The notes under the pieces are model-generated. The model saw only the letters and a program-made list of their open reading frames with translations. It was not told the DNA's origin and did no database searches. Positions 42,350-52,598 of a stretch of 64,000 nucleotides of DNA are shown piece after piece. The DNA comes from Saccharolobus islandicus REY15A (GTDB taxonomy: Archaea > Thermoproteota > Thermoprotei_A > Sulfolobales > Sulfolobaceae): the NCBI RefSeq assembly GCF_000189555.1, contig NC_017276.1; one strand, written 5' to 3'. Made by a program: the position numbers and the translations under genes. How positions within the stretch are numbered: the stretch's first letter is position 1; each line of letters starts with the position of its first letter.

Positions 42350-44592
42350 ATAATATTATTTATTGTACTTTCGATCAAGTTTTCGTTTATAGATCTTTTT
42401 AAAGCTTCCTTTAGTACGTTCAGAAAGTCGTTAGTTTTAACTAAATCTTTTACAGAATAATCTAATTTATTGGACTTTGCAATTTCGTCACGTAAAATAT
42501 TTATTTCATTACTAAAATTATAACTTGAGAGATAATCAGTATATGTTGAAATTTTCTGCTTTAGTGATGATCTATCTTGTGATAGTTTGGATAAGAATTC
42601 TTTTACTTCAGGCTTAGAGCTCAGTGTGCGTATAAGCTCACTGCTAATATGTTTAGAGATAATTGGAATAGTCAATAATAAGAAGTATTGTCTACCTCCT
42701 AAACTCCACATGACTACTTTTTCAGCAACTTCATCCTCAGAAGCCATTAAACCACTCACAACAGCTTTCACTAGCAAATCGAATATTATATTCTCATCTA
42801 TCATGACTTTTTCTTCTTTAGCTACTACCTCTTTTTCCTTTAAGAATAGACTGTATACTGATGTTGTTCCAAATTTCCAAGTAGAAAATGGACATACGGT
42901 CAAGAAGGCTTTTCTAGTAGATTTAAGTGGGCTACCTTTATAAGATGTTAAGAATAAGCCTGCACATTCATTATATGGTGAATTATATCCAAGCTTCTTT
43001 GCCCAGCACCCTAAATGTATCTCCTTATCCTTTAGTTCATTTTTAATAACTTCATACGCAAATATTCCCTTCTGTTCACTGAACTTATTATAAACATACA
43101 ATCCCTCAGGGCATAGAAAATAAATATCAGCAGCATTTTGTTCAATTCTTAACCGATTTATCTTCTCAACACTATTTTTCACACCTTCTAGATTCCCCGC
43201 TAGGTAATCGTTAAAACCGCAACAAATTCCAGTAACTAGTTTTACTCTAGGAGATAGCTCTTGAGGCAGCTTGTCTCCATTAGTTAAGAGGTAATTTAGA
43301 AATCCCTCTAGTCCCAATGGATCGTATTTTGCTGCACAACCTACAAATAATAAGAAGACTGGTCTATTCCTATATTTGGAGAGCAAACTGTTTTCCAGTT
43401 CGTAAATACCTCTCGGCACTTCATCTATTTCCAGTTCTACTGTTTCCTTATTTTCATTAAATTGCGGTAAAGTTTCCATTAGATTTGAAATGTTTATTCC
43501 TACCGGGCAAGCTTCTTGACAAGAAGCACATCCAAAACAGAATTCAAAATTAGTCTCACCAGTCAATAATCTATTGAATCTTCCTAAAGGCGAATAAATG
43601 ATGCTATTGGTAGTGTTGTAGGCAAGACAACTGTCTAAACATAATGAACAATTTATACATTTAGATGCTTCAATTACTATGTTTTTATTTATTCTCCTGG
43701 ATCTAACTCTTATTTCATATTTTTTAAAGTTTTTTAATATATCTTTATGGATTTCCTCGTATTCTTTCAAATAGGGGAACGGAACCACGTCTGGATTTCT
43801 TCTCAGATATTCGAAAAGTTCTGTTAATCTGGTTTCCTCTAAACTTCCTATTAGAACTTTATATCTCTCTGGTGAGTTATAGTTGATTATATATCCTATT
43901 TTAAAATCAAAATTAAATTCTACATTTTTGTCATAATTAGCCATCAATACTATAGGTACGTAATTTCTCTTGAATATATTATGTATCTCTATACTCAGAC
44001 TTTTTATCAAATTGTTTGTAGATACTGATTTAAAATTCTCATTAATAATCTTATTGTAGAACGAGGGTATGTAATACCTTACACTATCTTTGTATATTAG
44101 CGCAGACCAAGCGAAGTTATTTTCTCTTTCAGTCTCTAACAGTTCTGGATATTTTACAGCTAGAATTCTTACTACTTTGTAGTCAACTAGCTCATTTATA
44201 GTCTTTTTACCCTTCGTAAATCCGAATTTATAACTACCAAACCCCGACCCATTTAATACAGTGAAGCCTCCTACTGTGCCTTTTAAATATAATGGAAAAA
44301 TTGCTGGAAAATAATTAATTTTCGAAAGCTCATCTATTAATTTATCGAAAGTTATTCCTGCAGGTACTTCAAATATTTTAAATATATTCTTACCTTCAAC
44401 TTCTCTGAATACGCTACCATCATCAAATCTATCCGGAGCGCGTATGATTTTCGGATTAGCATATTTTAATACGTTACCATATAAACCGGTTAATCTACCA
44501 ACCACCAATTCATTTTTATCTCTACTTTCGATCTTTTTTACATCATAGCCTCCTATCACGGCTCTGCTGAATATTGATGCGTCTAAAATCAC
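42340..44592 (-). CDS. Multi-domain FAD-binding/Fe-S oxidoreductase (GlcD/GlcF-like fusion)
   Basis: GTVGG FAD-binding region, CINCSLCLDSC and CFGCASCQEAC ferredoxin motifs, FVGC and CCG motifs. Confidence 0.85.
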   Translation of the reverse strand: MILDASIFSRAVIGGYDVKKIESRDKNELVVGRLTGLYGNVLKYANPKIIRAPDRFDDGSVFREVEGKNIFKIFEVPAGITFDKLIDELSKINYFPAIFPLYLKGTVGGFTVLNGSGFGSYKFGFTKGKKTINELVDYKVVRILAVKYPELLETERENNFAWSALIYKDSVRYYIPSFYNKIINENFKSVSTNNLIKSLSIEIHNIFKRNYVPIVLMANYDKNVEFNFDFKIGYIINYNSPERYKVLIGSLEETRLTELFEYLRRNPDVVPFPYLKEYEEIHKDILKNFKKYEIRVRSRRINKNIVIEASKCINCSLCLDSCLAYNTTNSIIYSPLGRFNRLLTGETNFEFCFGCASCQEACPVGINISNLMETLPQFNENKETVELEIDEVPRGIYELENSLLSKYRNRPVFLLFVGCAAKYDPLGLEGFLNYLLTNGDKLPQELSPRVKLVTGICCGFNDYLAGNLEGVKNSVEKINRLRIEQNAADIYFLCPEGLYVYNKFSEQKGIFAYEVIKNELKDKEIHLGCWAKKLGYNSPYNECAGLFLTSYKGSPLKSTRKAFLTVCPFSTWKFGTTSVYSLFLKEKEVVAKEEKVMIDENIIFDLLVKAVVSGLMASEDEVAEKVVMWSLGGRQYFLLLTIPIISKHISSELIRTLSSKPEVKEFLSKLSQDRSSLKQKISTYTDYLSSYNFSNEINILRDEIAKSNKLDYSVKDLVKTNDFLNVLKEALKRSINENLIESTINNIIYL

Positions 44593-44639
44593 AACTGCTC
44601 TTAGTAAAAATTATTAATAACAATTTTATAGTTTTAGGC

Positions 44640-45389
44640 GTGGAGATTAAAGTACCAGTTTCTATTTCTGGTATATGGTACCCAGTAATAGATACAGAGA
44701 ATTTATTTGAATCTGGATCTATAGGGTTGACCTTAACATTAGAACCGTACATAACTGCTGAAATTAGAGGTGGAAGTGGGATAGAATTTAACGGGATAGA
44801 GATAAAACTTCCCAATTACGATATATTAAAGAAAAAATTAGGAGAATATAGGTTATCTGTATATTCTGAAGTACCATTAGGTTACGGCTATGGCTTAAGT
44901 GGGGCTATAAGCCTGGCGTATGCCCTAGGAGTTAAGGAATTGGCACCAATAAGTGAGAAGGATGCAGTTAATGTAGCCCATTTAAGTGATGTTATAGCCG
45001 GAAATGGATTAGGGGATGTAATAGCACAGTATTATGGTGGAGGTTTAGTTTATAGGAAGAAGGCAGGAGGGTTGGGTTATGGCGAGGTTGAGATAATAAA
45101 TATGGATTGGTCACAATATCCAATCTTCTCTCAACCTATTAGCCATCTTCCAACTAAGAGTATTATAAAGAGGTCAGAAATAGCCCTTAAGCTCATAGAT
45201 GAATTTCTCAAAAATCCGTCTCCGTTGAAATTTATCGAGGTTGCAAAAAAGTTTACAAGTAGTTTGGGTTTTAACTCAGAATATCCTTATTCATATAGGA
45301 AGAAGGGGATAATTGTTAAAATCTTTGATCCAGAGTATGGAGTATGGATAAAGCACAAGATAGCAAGTCGTGGAGCATACGTGACATAA
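44640..45389 (+). CDS. Pantoate kinase (GHMP family)
   Basis: [11 protein letters not shown] and GLGDVIAQ motifs; next to PPS and panB; start moved to GTG44640. Confidence 0.9.
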   Translation: MEIKVPVSISGIWYPVIDTENLFESGSIGLTLTLEPYITAEIRGGSGIEFNGIEIKLPNYDILKKKLGEYRLSVYSEVPLGYGYGLSGAISLAYALGVKELAPISEKDAVNVAHLSDVIAGNGLGDVIAQYYGGGLVYRKKAGGLGYGEVEIINMDWSQYPIFSQPISHLPTKSIIKRSEIALKLIDEFLKNPSPLKFIEVAKKFTSSLGFNSEYPYSYRKKGIIVKIFDPEYGVWIKHKIASRGAYVT

Positions 45390-46144
45390 TACCAGAAAAT
45401 CATCCTAGAAGGGAATCCCTATTAATCAGAGAAAAACTGATTGAAGCGATGGAAAAAAGCATTCTTGTTCCTCAAGGGTTAATAGCACATGGAAGGGGAG
45501 AATGTTTCGACTACTTAATAGGAGAGAAGACTCAGAATTTCGCTGAAAAGGCTATAGAAGCTGCAGCAGCTACCCTACTCTTAGCTAAAACACCCGTTAT
45601 TTCCATAAACGGAAATATGGCTGCATTAGTCCCAGAAGGTCTAGTAAGATTGGCAGAGGAGACAAATGCCAAACTCGAAGTTAATTTATTCTATAGGGAT
45701 GAAAGAAGAGAAAAAGTAATAGCTGAAGTACTTTATAAGGCAAATGCAAAGGAAGTTTTAGGAGTAGGTGAGGATGCTTCGACGGTAATACCTGAATTAT
45801 TTAGTCAAAGAAGAAGAGTAAGTCCAAAAGGTATTTACATAGCTGATGTAGTATTATTGGGTTTAGAAGATGGAGATAGAACAGAGGCATTAGTCAAAAT
45901 GGGTAAGAAAGTTATAGCAATAGATATCAATCCGTTATCGAGAACTTCTAGGACTGCTACAATAACTATTGTGGACAATATAATTAGGGCTGTTCCCAGA
46001 CTAGTAGAGAAGGCGAAAGAATTGAAGTCTAAGAATAAAGAAGAGTTAGAACAAATAGTCTTAAACTATAATAATAAAAATGTTCTAGCTGAATCGCTGA
46101 AATTCATAGCTAACAGATTAACTCAACTTTCTCTTTCCTTATAA
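45344..46144 (+). CDS. 4-phosphopantoate--beta-alanine ligase (PPS)
   Basis: [23 protein letters not shown] and LEDGDR motifs. Confidence 0.95.
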   Translation: MDKAQDSKSWSIRDIIPENHPRRESLLIREKLIEAMEKSILVPQGLIAHGRGECFDYLIGEKTQNFAEKAIEAAAATLLLAKTPVISINGNMAALVPEGLVRLAEETNAKLEVNLFYRDERREKVIAEVLYKANAKEVLGVGEDASTVIPELFSQRRRVSPKGIYIADVVLLGLEDGDRTEALVKMGKKVIAIDINPLSRTSRTATITIVDNIIRAVPRLVEKAKELKSKNKEELEQIVLNYNNKNVLAESLKFIANRLTQLSLSL

Positions 46145-46926
46145 TGCTGTTTTTCAGGGAACTTATTATTTTTCACGTCAATTATGTACTGATTTATTGC
46201 GTTAGAAATGATTTCTTTCAGATTTACATATGATTTAGCGAAGTAAGGAGTAAACTCAGATAGCCCTAGTAAGTCGTTTATCACTAATACTTGGCCATCA
46301 CAATATGGACCAGCCCCTATACAGATTGTAGGTATGTTCAATTTTTCCGTAATTCTTTTAACTATATCCACGTAAGTATTTTCTATAACTAATGAAAATA
46401 CTCCCGCATCTTCTAGTTCTAAACTATCCTTTATCAATTGATCCTCTTCTTGTTTAGTTTTTCCGATGGTTCTAAATCCTCCTAGTCTTAGAAACCTTTG
46501 AGGAGTTAAACCAATATGCCCCATAACAGGTATTCCAGCCTTTACAATTGCTTTAACAGTGTCTTTCATTTCCTCCCCACCTTCTAGTTTTATCGCGTCA
46601 CTGCCAGCCTTTACTAAAAGTCCTGCATTCTTTACTGCACTTTTTGTGTCTATCTCATAACTTAAAAAGGGCATATCTGCAACTATTAACTGAGGTGGAT
46701 TTGCTCTTGCTACTGCTCTTGTGTGGGAGATCATGTCTCTCATGGTTACGTTGAGCGTATTTGCATATCCTAGTACAACCATTCCTAGGGAGTCTCCTAC
46801 AAGTATGGAGTCCAGTCCAGTATTAGATATTATCTTCGCCGTTGGGTAATCGTATGCTGTTAACATTGTAATTTTCTCCTTCGTTGATTTCTTCTTTATG
46901 AAGTCCCTTATTGTCACTTTTTTCAT
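46123..46926 (-). CDS. panB: Ketopantoate hydroxymethyltransferase
   Basis: TAYD, LVGDSLG, KLEGG and GHIGLTPQ motifs. Confidence 0.98.
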   Translation of the reverse strand: MKKVTIRDFIKKKSTKEKITMLTAYDYPTAKIISNTGLDSILVGDSLGMVVLGYANTLNVTMRDMISHTRAVARANPPQLIVADMPFLSYEIDTKSAVKNAGLLVKAGSDAIKLEGGEEMKDTVKAIVKAGIPVMGHIGLTPQRFLRLGGFRTIGKTKQEEDQLIKDSLELEDAGVFSLVIENTYVDIVKRITEKLNIPTICIGAGPYCDGQVLVINDLLGLSEFTPYFAKSYVNLKEIISNAINQYIIDVKNNKFPEKQHYKERES

Positions 46927-47506
46927 TGTTAATTCTAGAGCTTATTCTCTTAGCTAAATTTATAATTTTTTTCAACTTTTCAGCAATCTCAAAGGTTTCT
47001 TCATGTTGAGAAGCCTTATAATACAATTTGACTATTAACGGTAAAATCTCAAATGAAAATTTCATAAAATTTTTCTTATCTAAGTCAAGTAGTTTAGGTT
47101 TCTTTAATAAGAATAGTAATTTTTTCTCTACCTCCTTTGGGTTTAAGCTATTATATTGAATAATTATAAGAGAAATTTCAGGATCTTCCTCGCTGTTATT
47201 GATTTCACCATTAAGCGCTAGCTTAGTCTGCTCAATGTCTATGAATTTCCACCAATGTTGATTAGCAGACTTATAAGTGGTCTCGATTATGCCGAAATCC
47301 TTCTCCAACGCTCTCAATATCATTCTAGGGTCATAGTTAACTCCAAATTCCCCTAGTTTTTCAACTAATTGCTTATAGCTGAAGTCTCCAAGCTCCCTAT
47401 TTTCATTCTCCTCAGTAATTTCTATTATAGCCTTTAAGACATATTTAGCCTTGTCGCCATATTTGAGCAAAGCCTCTAATGTTCTGTCCTTGACTGTGCC
47501 AATCAT
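46823..47506 (-). CDS. Hypothetical protein with a probable winged-helix N-terminal domain
   Basis: Start moved to ATG47506 (MIGTVKD...) to avoid overlap with the divergent ABC gene; 3' end overlaps panB by 104 nt. Confidence 0.75.
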   Translation of the reverse strand: MIGTVKDRTLEALLKYGDKAKYVLKAIIEITEENENRELGDFSYKQLVEKLGEFGVNYDPRMILRALEKDFGIIETTYKSANQHWWKFIDIEQTKLALNGEINNSEEDPEISLIIIQYNSLNPKEVEKKLLFLLKKPKLLDLDKKNFMKFSFEILPLIVKLYYKASQHEETFEIAEKLKKIINLAKRISSRINNEKSDNKGLHKEEINEGENYNVNSIRLPNGEDNI

Positions 47507-47561
47507 TTTATATATTATCTCGAAAGCATATAATAAGTTCCTTAGCCATAATAGCATAAGT

Positions 47562-48302
47562 ATGACAGAAAAACAATTTGCTGTTAGTGTTACCAATTTG
47601 CGAAAGAGAATTGGAAATAAGGATATACTTAAGGGGTTATCATTTAATGTGGAGAACGGAGAGGTTTTTGGGATAGTGGGGCCCAATGGAGCCGGAAAAA
47701 CAACTACACTAAGAATATTGTCAGGTATTATTAAAAATTTTGAAGGATATGTAAAAATCTTCGGCCTTAATCCGGTTGAGGCAAAACAAAAGGGATATAT
47801 TTCGTATATGCCAGAAGACGCTTTCCCGTATGAGAAGCTAACTGGCTACGAAAATTTAGATTTCTATGCTGAGCTATACGCTAAAGGTGACAAGCAGTTA
47901 AAGGAAAAATACTTAAAACTAGGTGTTGAGATTTCCAATTTAGGTAAGAGGATTTACGATAAGACCGCTGAGTATAGTAGAGGTATGAAAAGAAGGCTTA
48001 TTATAGCAAGAACCTTAATGGTAATGCCTAAACTTTCAGTTCTGGATGAACCAACTTCAGCCCTAGACGTGGAGTCTGCAGTAAGGATAAGGAATATAAT
48101 TTTAGATATGGCAAGAAGATATAACATGACAATAATACTCTCTTCACACAATATGTTAGAGGTTGAATACTTATGTGATAGAATTACTCTGATTAACGAC
48201 GGAAGAGTAGTTGCTAGTGGGAAGCCCGAAGAAATAGTCAAAAACACTAATTCCAAGAATTTGGAAGAAGCTTTCATAAAACTCGTATTCGGTGATCAGT
48301 GA
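47562..48302 (+). CDS. ABC transporter ATP-binding subunit
   Basis: [17 protein letters not shown] signature, VLDEPT and SSH motifs; start moved to ATG47562. Confidence 0.96.
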   Translation: MTEKQFAVSVTNLRKRIGNKDILKGLSFNVENGEVFGIVGPNGAGKTTTLRILSGIIKNFEGYVKIFGLNPVEAKQKGYISYMPEDAFPYEKLTGYENLDFYAELYAKGDKQLKEKYLKLGVEISNLGKRIYDKTAEYSRGMKRRLIIARTLMVMPKLSVLDEPTSALDVESAVRIRNIILDMARRYNMTIILSSHNMLEVEYLCDRITLINDGRVVASGKPEEIVKNTNSKNLEEAFIKLVFGDQ

Positions 48303-49492
48303 TGCTGAAGACAATGATAAAGAAAGAGATAATGGATTTAAGAAGGGATAGAAAGCTACTACTTGGGGCTATAATTCTTCCTCTTATATTATTACCGCTA
48401 ATTGGTATCATACTTTACGCTTCTATAGCTGTATCTCCACCCGTGATCGAAATAGTAAACCATAACCAATCAAACTTACCCTACGTTCAAGCCGTTTCAC
48501 ACTACATTACTCAAAACGGAGGAACAGTAATTTACAATGATTCGAATGCAAGTATAATACCTGATGTTGTAATAATATTCCCTAATGACTTCAATATAAA
48601 TGCTAGCAATATCTCAAAACAAGCCTCTGTGTATGTAAAGATTCTAATTTCCTCTAATCAAGAAGCTTCGAATTTAGTTAATAACGCATTAGGCAATTTG
48701 TCCTATAGTCTAGTTTACAGTAGGACTGAATTCTTGATAAATTCTTCTAATTTACAGCGTGTTGTTAATCCTAGTGATATTCTAAGACCTCTATTGGTTA
48801 AAAATTACGTAGTTACTATAACTGGTAAAAAAGTTCCACAGTCCCAAGCAAACCTAAGTGAAATAGCTAGGATAATAACTCTAGTCCTTTTCCCTAGTGC
48901 CACTCCAGTAATATTTTACGTCACAGATGGGATAGTTGGCGAAAAGGAAAGAAGAACTTTAGAATCTTTACTAGCTTCACCGATATCAATAAACTCCTTC
49001 ATATTCTCTAAGGTAATCATTGCTATAATCTTAGGAGTTCTCTCATCATTAGGTGACATTCTGGGAGTAGTATTATTTTCCTCCTTAATGTCGTTCACAT
49101 TTGGTTTACCGCTATCCCTTAGTACATCATTTATTCTAATTGTTGTACTAGCCTACCTACTAGCTGTATTACTAACTGCAGCGTTAAGTGTAGTTTTACT
49201 TCTAGCTTTAGGAGGATCTATGCGTAACATGCAAGTGATAAACTTTCTCATTTTATCGTTTGGCCTAATTGCGTCCTTTTCTGCCCTATTTATAAATGTC
49301 GCGAATTTGCAGTCCCCACTTAATCTAATATTGCTAATACCTTATGAACAATTAAGTTTATCATTACTTTACTTTGTTTCCGGTTCTACTTTTATTTCAT
49401 TATCACTCCTATCAGGCGTGTTGATAGTCTCTGTGATAATTTTGTTAGTATCCTCAAGGCTATTTAATTCGGAAAGATTACTGCTAAAGTAA
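48299..49492 (+). CDS. ABC-2 type exporter permease (NatB-like)
   Basis: [14 protein letters not shown] motif and multiple TM segments. Confidence 0.92.
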   Translation: MMLKTMIKKEIMDLRRDRKLLLGAIILPLILLPLIGIILYASIAVSPPVIEIVNHNQSNLPYVQAVSHYITQNGGTVIYNDSNASIIPDVVIIFPNDFNINASNISKQASVYVKILISSNQEASNLVNNALGNLSYSLVYSRTEFLINSSNLQRVVNPSDILRPLLVKNYVVTITGKKVPQSQANLSEIARIITLVLFPSATPVIFYVTDGIVGEKERRTLESLLASPISINSFIFSKVIIAIILGVLSSLGDILGVVLFSSLMSFTFGLPLSLSTSFILIVVLAYLLAVLLTAALSVVLLLALGGSMRNMQVINFLILSFGLIASFSALFINVANLQSPLNLILLIPYEQLSLSLLYFVSGSTFISLSLLSGVLIVSVIILLVSSRLFNSERLLLK

Positions 49493-49524
49493 ACCTTTAA
49501 ATATTGAGTCGTAATTAATATTTT

Positions 49525-49758
49525 ATGGCAGAAGTTGTAAGAGCCTACATTCTCGTATCTACTACTGTTGGTAAGGAAATGGAAGTAGCGGATATGGCTA
49601 AAAAAGTATCTGGTGTTGTAAGAGCAGATCCAGTTTATGGTGAATATGATGTGGTAGTAGAAGTAGAAGCTAAGTCATCTGATGATTTAAAGAAAGTAAT
49701 ATATGAGATAAGAAGGAATCCTAACATAATAAGGACCGTGACTTTAATAGTAATGTAA
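49525..49758 (+). CDS. Stand-alone Lrp/AsnC ligand-binding (RAM) domain protein
   Basis: VYGEYDVVVEVEA motif with no HTH. Confidence 0.9.
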   Translation: MAEVVRAYILVSTTVGKEMEVADMAKKVSGVVRADPVYGEYDVVVEVEAKSSDDLKKVIYEIRRNPNIIRTVTLIVM

Positions 49759-49847
49759 TTTTTTCTCATCTATTAATTATCTTCGTGTATTTTCATTCTA
49801 TTAGGAATATGCGATAGGTCAGTCTTTTAATTTTTCCACACTAATTT

Positions 49848-49951
49848 CAGTTCGTCCCTGCCACATCACTTGATAATCATAAAATCCGGGGGTGACCCTC
49901 CTGCGATCATTTTACCCCGGTACTCGGGGATTGTCTGAAATCACGCAGGCC
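49848..49951 (-). ncRNA. Candidate structured K-turn / C/D-like RNA
   Basis: CCUGCG/CGCAGG stem with U-GA/GA-U K-turn, CCCCG/CGGGG hairpin, 3' GUGAUGU-12 nt-CUGA; A-run plus TTTAAT about 28 nt upstream on the minus strand. Confidence 0.55.
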
Positions 49952-50045
49952 AATAAAAATTAGTTAAGGATAGATTAAATTTTTTTACATCTGAAAGCCT
50001 CACCCTTATAGCGGGGATGAAGAAAAAGTTTATAAGTAAGATAAT

Positions 50046-50158
50046 ATGGGGGATCTCTGTCTACCTCTACTACCTCCCAAATTAGAGATGTAATTCCGAA
50101 TCAATGGGAGAACTTATGATCCACTAAAGGAACCTTCACAGGACGGAGAGGAGATCAG
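50046..50158 (+). mobile_element. IS200/IS605 tnpB 3'-end remnant (omega-RNA scaffold and right end)
   Basis: One frame reads GGSLSTSTTSQIRDVIPNQWENL, resembling recalled Sulfolobus TnpB C-termini; it ends GGACGGAGAGGAGATCAG, like the GGGCGGGGAGGAGGTCAG right end. Confidence 0.7.
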
Positions 50159-50472
50159 CTTTGATTACTATCCACTACCTCTACTTGTTCCTCTTCCTCA
50201 TCTTTCTCCTCTTCTAATATCTGCAACTTCTTTAACACCTCCACTAATAATGAATCTAACTGCGCAACTTTAGCCTCTAAAAAGGCTATACTCTCATCAT
50301 ACTTAGCGTTCTCCTTTTTCTCTTCATTCTCTTCATTCCTCTCAAAGTCTCCTTCAAGTCCTTTCTTTATAAACAATTTGACTAAATCAGTCATTTGAAT
50401 TCCTAATTCATCAGCCTTCTGTTTAAGTTCGTCATACATCCACTCTGGTAACGATAAATGTATAGTAGGCAT
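50155..50472 (-). CDS. Ribbon-helix-helix (CopG-like) protein with acidic coiled-coil tail
   Basis: MPTIHLSLPEWMYDELKQKADELGIQMTDLVKLFI RHH pattern. Confidence 0.88.
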   Translation of the reverse strand: MPTIHLSLPEWMYDELKQKADELGIQMTDLVKLFIKKGLEGDFERNEENEEKKENAKYDESIAFLEAKVAQLDSLLVEVLKKLQILEEEKDEEEEQVEVVDSNQS

Positions 50473-50621
50473 CTCTGTACACTCCTCTAAATATTAATAT
50501 TGAAGTAGGAGTATATTAATCTTTATTTTCTATTATATATTCCTCTTTATGGAAGAATCCGGGAATACTGATCCAGAGAATACTTAAACCTTACTGATGA
50601 CAAGTTTATATATGATAAAAG

Positions 50622-50798
50622 ATGAGAGTTGTAACATTTAAGGTAGAAGAAGACCTATTAGAGTTATTGGATAGATACGCTATAAAATACGGTTTAAATA
50701 GATCAGAAGCAATAAGGAAAGCCATAGAAAAGATGGTAAGGGATGAGTTATCTAAGGAGAGAGTCCCAGTAGCGAGGGTTGAAAAGATAAAGCTCTAG
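50622..50798 (+). CDS. aCcr1: 58-aa RHH cell-cycle transcription factor aCcr1
   Basis: Not in the ORF track (<60 aa). [58 protein letters not shown] matches the recalled S. islandicus aCcr1. Confidence 0.88.
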   Translation: MRVVTFKVEEDLLELLDRYAIKYGLNRSEAIRKAIEKMVRDELSKERVPVARVEKIKL

Positions 50799-51430
50799 TA
50801 GGATAAAATATACACTAGTTTCTTGCTCTCTTCTATCTTTTCATCTATAAGATTGTTTTTCAGATCTATTCCTCTTACCTCATATTTTATATTAGATAAG
50901 AACTCTTCTGGAGGGTCTAAAGGCATGTAATGTCCTTTAATCCAATAGTGTATTGGGATTATAATTTTAGGTGAAACTTTATCAATTATCTCTAGTGCTT
51001 CCTTGTAATTTATAGTTATTACTCCACCTATGGGTATTAAAAGGACATTCGCTCCATATAATTCCTTATAAATACTTTCGTCTGGAAGGTGACCTATATC
51101 TCCAAGATGGACAATCTTCTCACCGTCATTCTTTTGTATCACATATATACTATTTTGTCCTCTTAATTTACCGTTATACTTATCATGGTAACTCTTTATT
51201 CCCTTTATGGTGTAATTAACGTAATTTAAAGAGCCATAGAAGTTCATTTTGAGATCCTTGTATTCGAAAATTTGGTATGCGTTATGATCGTAATGATCGT
51301 GTGTTATTAAGATTAGATCTACCTTTTTTATATCTGGCTTAGGTAAACCAATACTTCCCCCATCATGCGGGTCAATTAATATTTTATCATCAATTAAAAC
51401 ACAAGAATGCCCAAAATATTTTAGTACCAT
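50795..51430 (-). CDS. Metallo-beta-lactamase fold Zn hydrolase
   Basis: [12 protein letters not shown] and HLGD motifs. Confidence 0.93.
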   Translation of the reverse strand: MVLKYFGHSCVLIDDKILIDPHDGGSIGLPKPDIKKVDLILITHDHYDHNAYQIFEYKDLKMNFYGSLNYVNYTIKGIKSYHDKYNGKLRGQNSIYVIQKNDGEKIVHLGDIGHLPDESIYKELYGANVLLIPIGGVITINYKEALEIIDKVSPKIIIPIHYWIKGHYMPLDPPEEFLSNIKYEVRGIDLKNNLIDEKIEESKKLVYILSY

Positions 51431-51438
51431 AAGATCGT

Positions 51439-52598
51439 TTAAGAATTCATCAATTTAAGTGCAATGTTTTTCGCATCTTCCACTGTTACCTTATTACCAG
51501 ATTCAGCTAATTTCTTAATCTCAGCTAGGACTATCTTTAATTTATCTTCAGATAGGTATATTCCTTGTTCTTCTAATAATTTCCTTAAACCATGTATCCC
51601 ACTGTGCTTGCCTAATGCCAATCTTCTGAAATTACCTACTTCTTCTGGCGAAATTGGCTCATATGTGAAGGGGTTTTCTATTACTCCATGAACGTGTATC
51701 CCAGATTCGTGACCAAAGGCATTATCTCCAACAATTGCCTTGAAATAGGGCACTGGTATGCCAGTCATTTCAGCCACAAACCTACTTACCTCATACAATT
51801 TCCAAGTTTTCACATTTGTCTCATAATTTAGTAATTTCTTTATTCCCATTACTACTTCTTCTAGTGATGCATTCCCAGCTCTCTCACCTATACCATTTAC
51901 AGTAACGTGAGCCTGTCTAGCACCAGCGTATACACCAGCTAATGAATTCGCTGTTGCTAAGCCGAAGTCGTTATGGCAGTGAACACTCACTATTATTCTC
52001 TCACCTACGAAGTTTACAATTTTCTTTATCATATCGTAATACTTGAAAGGATGCATAGTTCCTACTGTGTCTGGTATATTTATCCTTTCTGCCCCTGCTT
52101 CTATTGCAGTTCTAATTGCTGTGAACAAGAAGTCCTCTTCAGTTCTTGTTGCGTCTTCTGGGCTAAATTCCACTATCATACCGTGATCTTTTGCGTATTT
52201 CACGCTTTCATAGATCTTATTTAGAACTTCCTCTTTTGTCATCTTTAATTTATATTTCATGTGCAATTCTGAAGTGGCTATGAATAAGTGTATACTTGAG
52301 ATTCCAGTACTTATTGTCTTATCTATATCGTTTTTATTGGATCTAGATAATCCAATTACTTCTACTTGATCCCCTACCTCTTCGAAAATCTTTTTAGTAG
52401 CTATGAATTCTCCTTCTGAAGATGCAGGAAAACCTGCTTCAATTACATCAACACCTAGATCTGCTAAATTTCTAGCTATCATTATTTTTTGCTCTATTGT
52501 TAGATCTATACCAGGAGCTTGCTCACCATCTCTTAAAGTAGTATCAAATATCCTAATTTTTTTAGGCGTAGAGAATACTCATACCTCGTACGCACCAT
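51439..52598 (-). CDS. leuA: 2-isopropylmalate synthase lacking the regulatory domain; the 5' end is split by a -1 frameshift
   Basis: DTTLRDGEQ (upstream of the track start), HCHNDFG and GIGERAGN motifs. In-frame TGA at 52579-52581; the only leaderless-positioned ATG (52598) is in another frame. Confidence 0.85.
52533..52598 (-). other. 21-codon leader [24 protein letters not shown] containing the A-AAA-AAA slippery heptamer
   Basis: Manual translation; TTTTAAAT box starts 28 nt upstream of the ATG. Confidence 0.55.

Noticed and set aside
47507-47686. N-terminal extension of the 46823-47686 track ORF and of the 47451 ABC ORF
   Set aside because: The two extensions overlap head-to-head; internal ATGs at 47506 and 47562 leave a normal divergent promoter gap.
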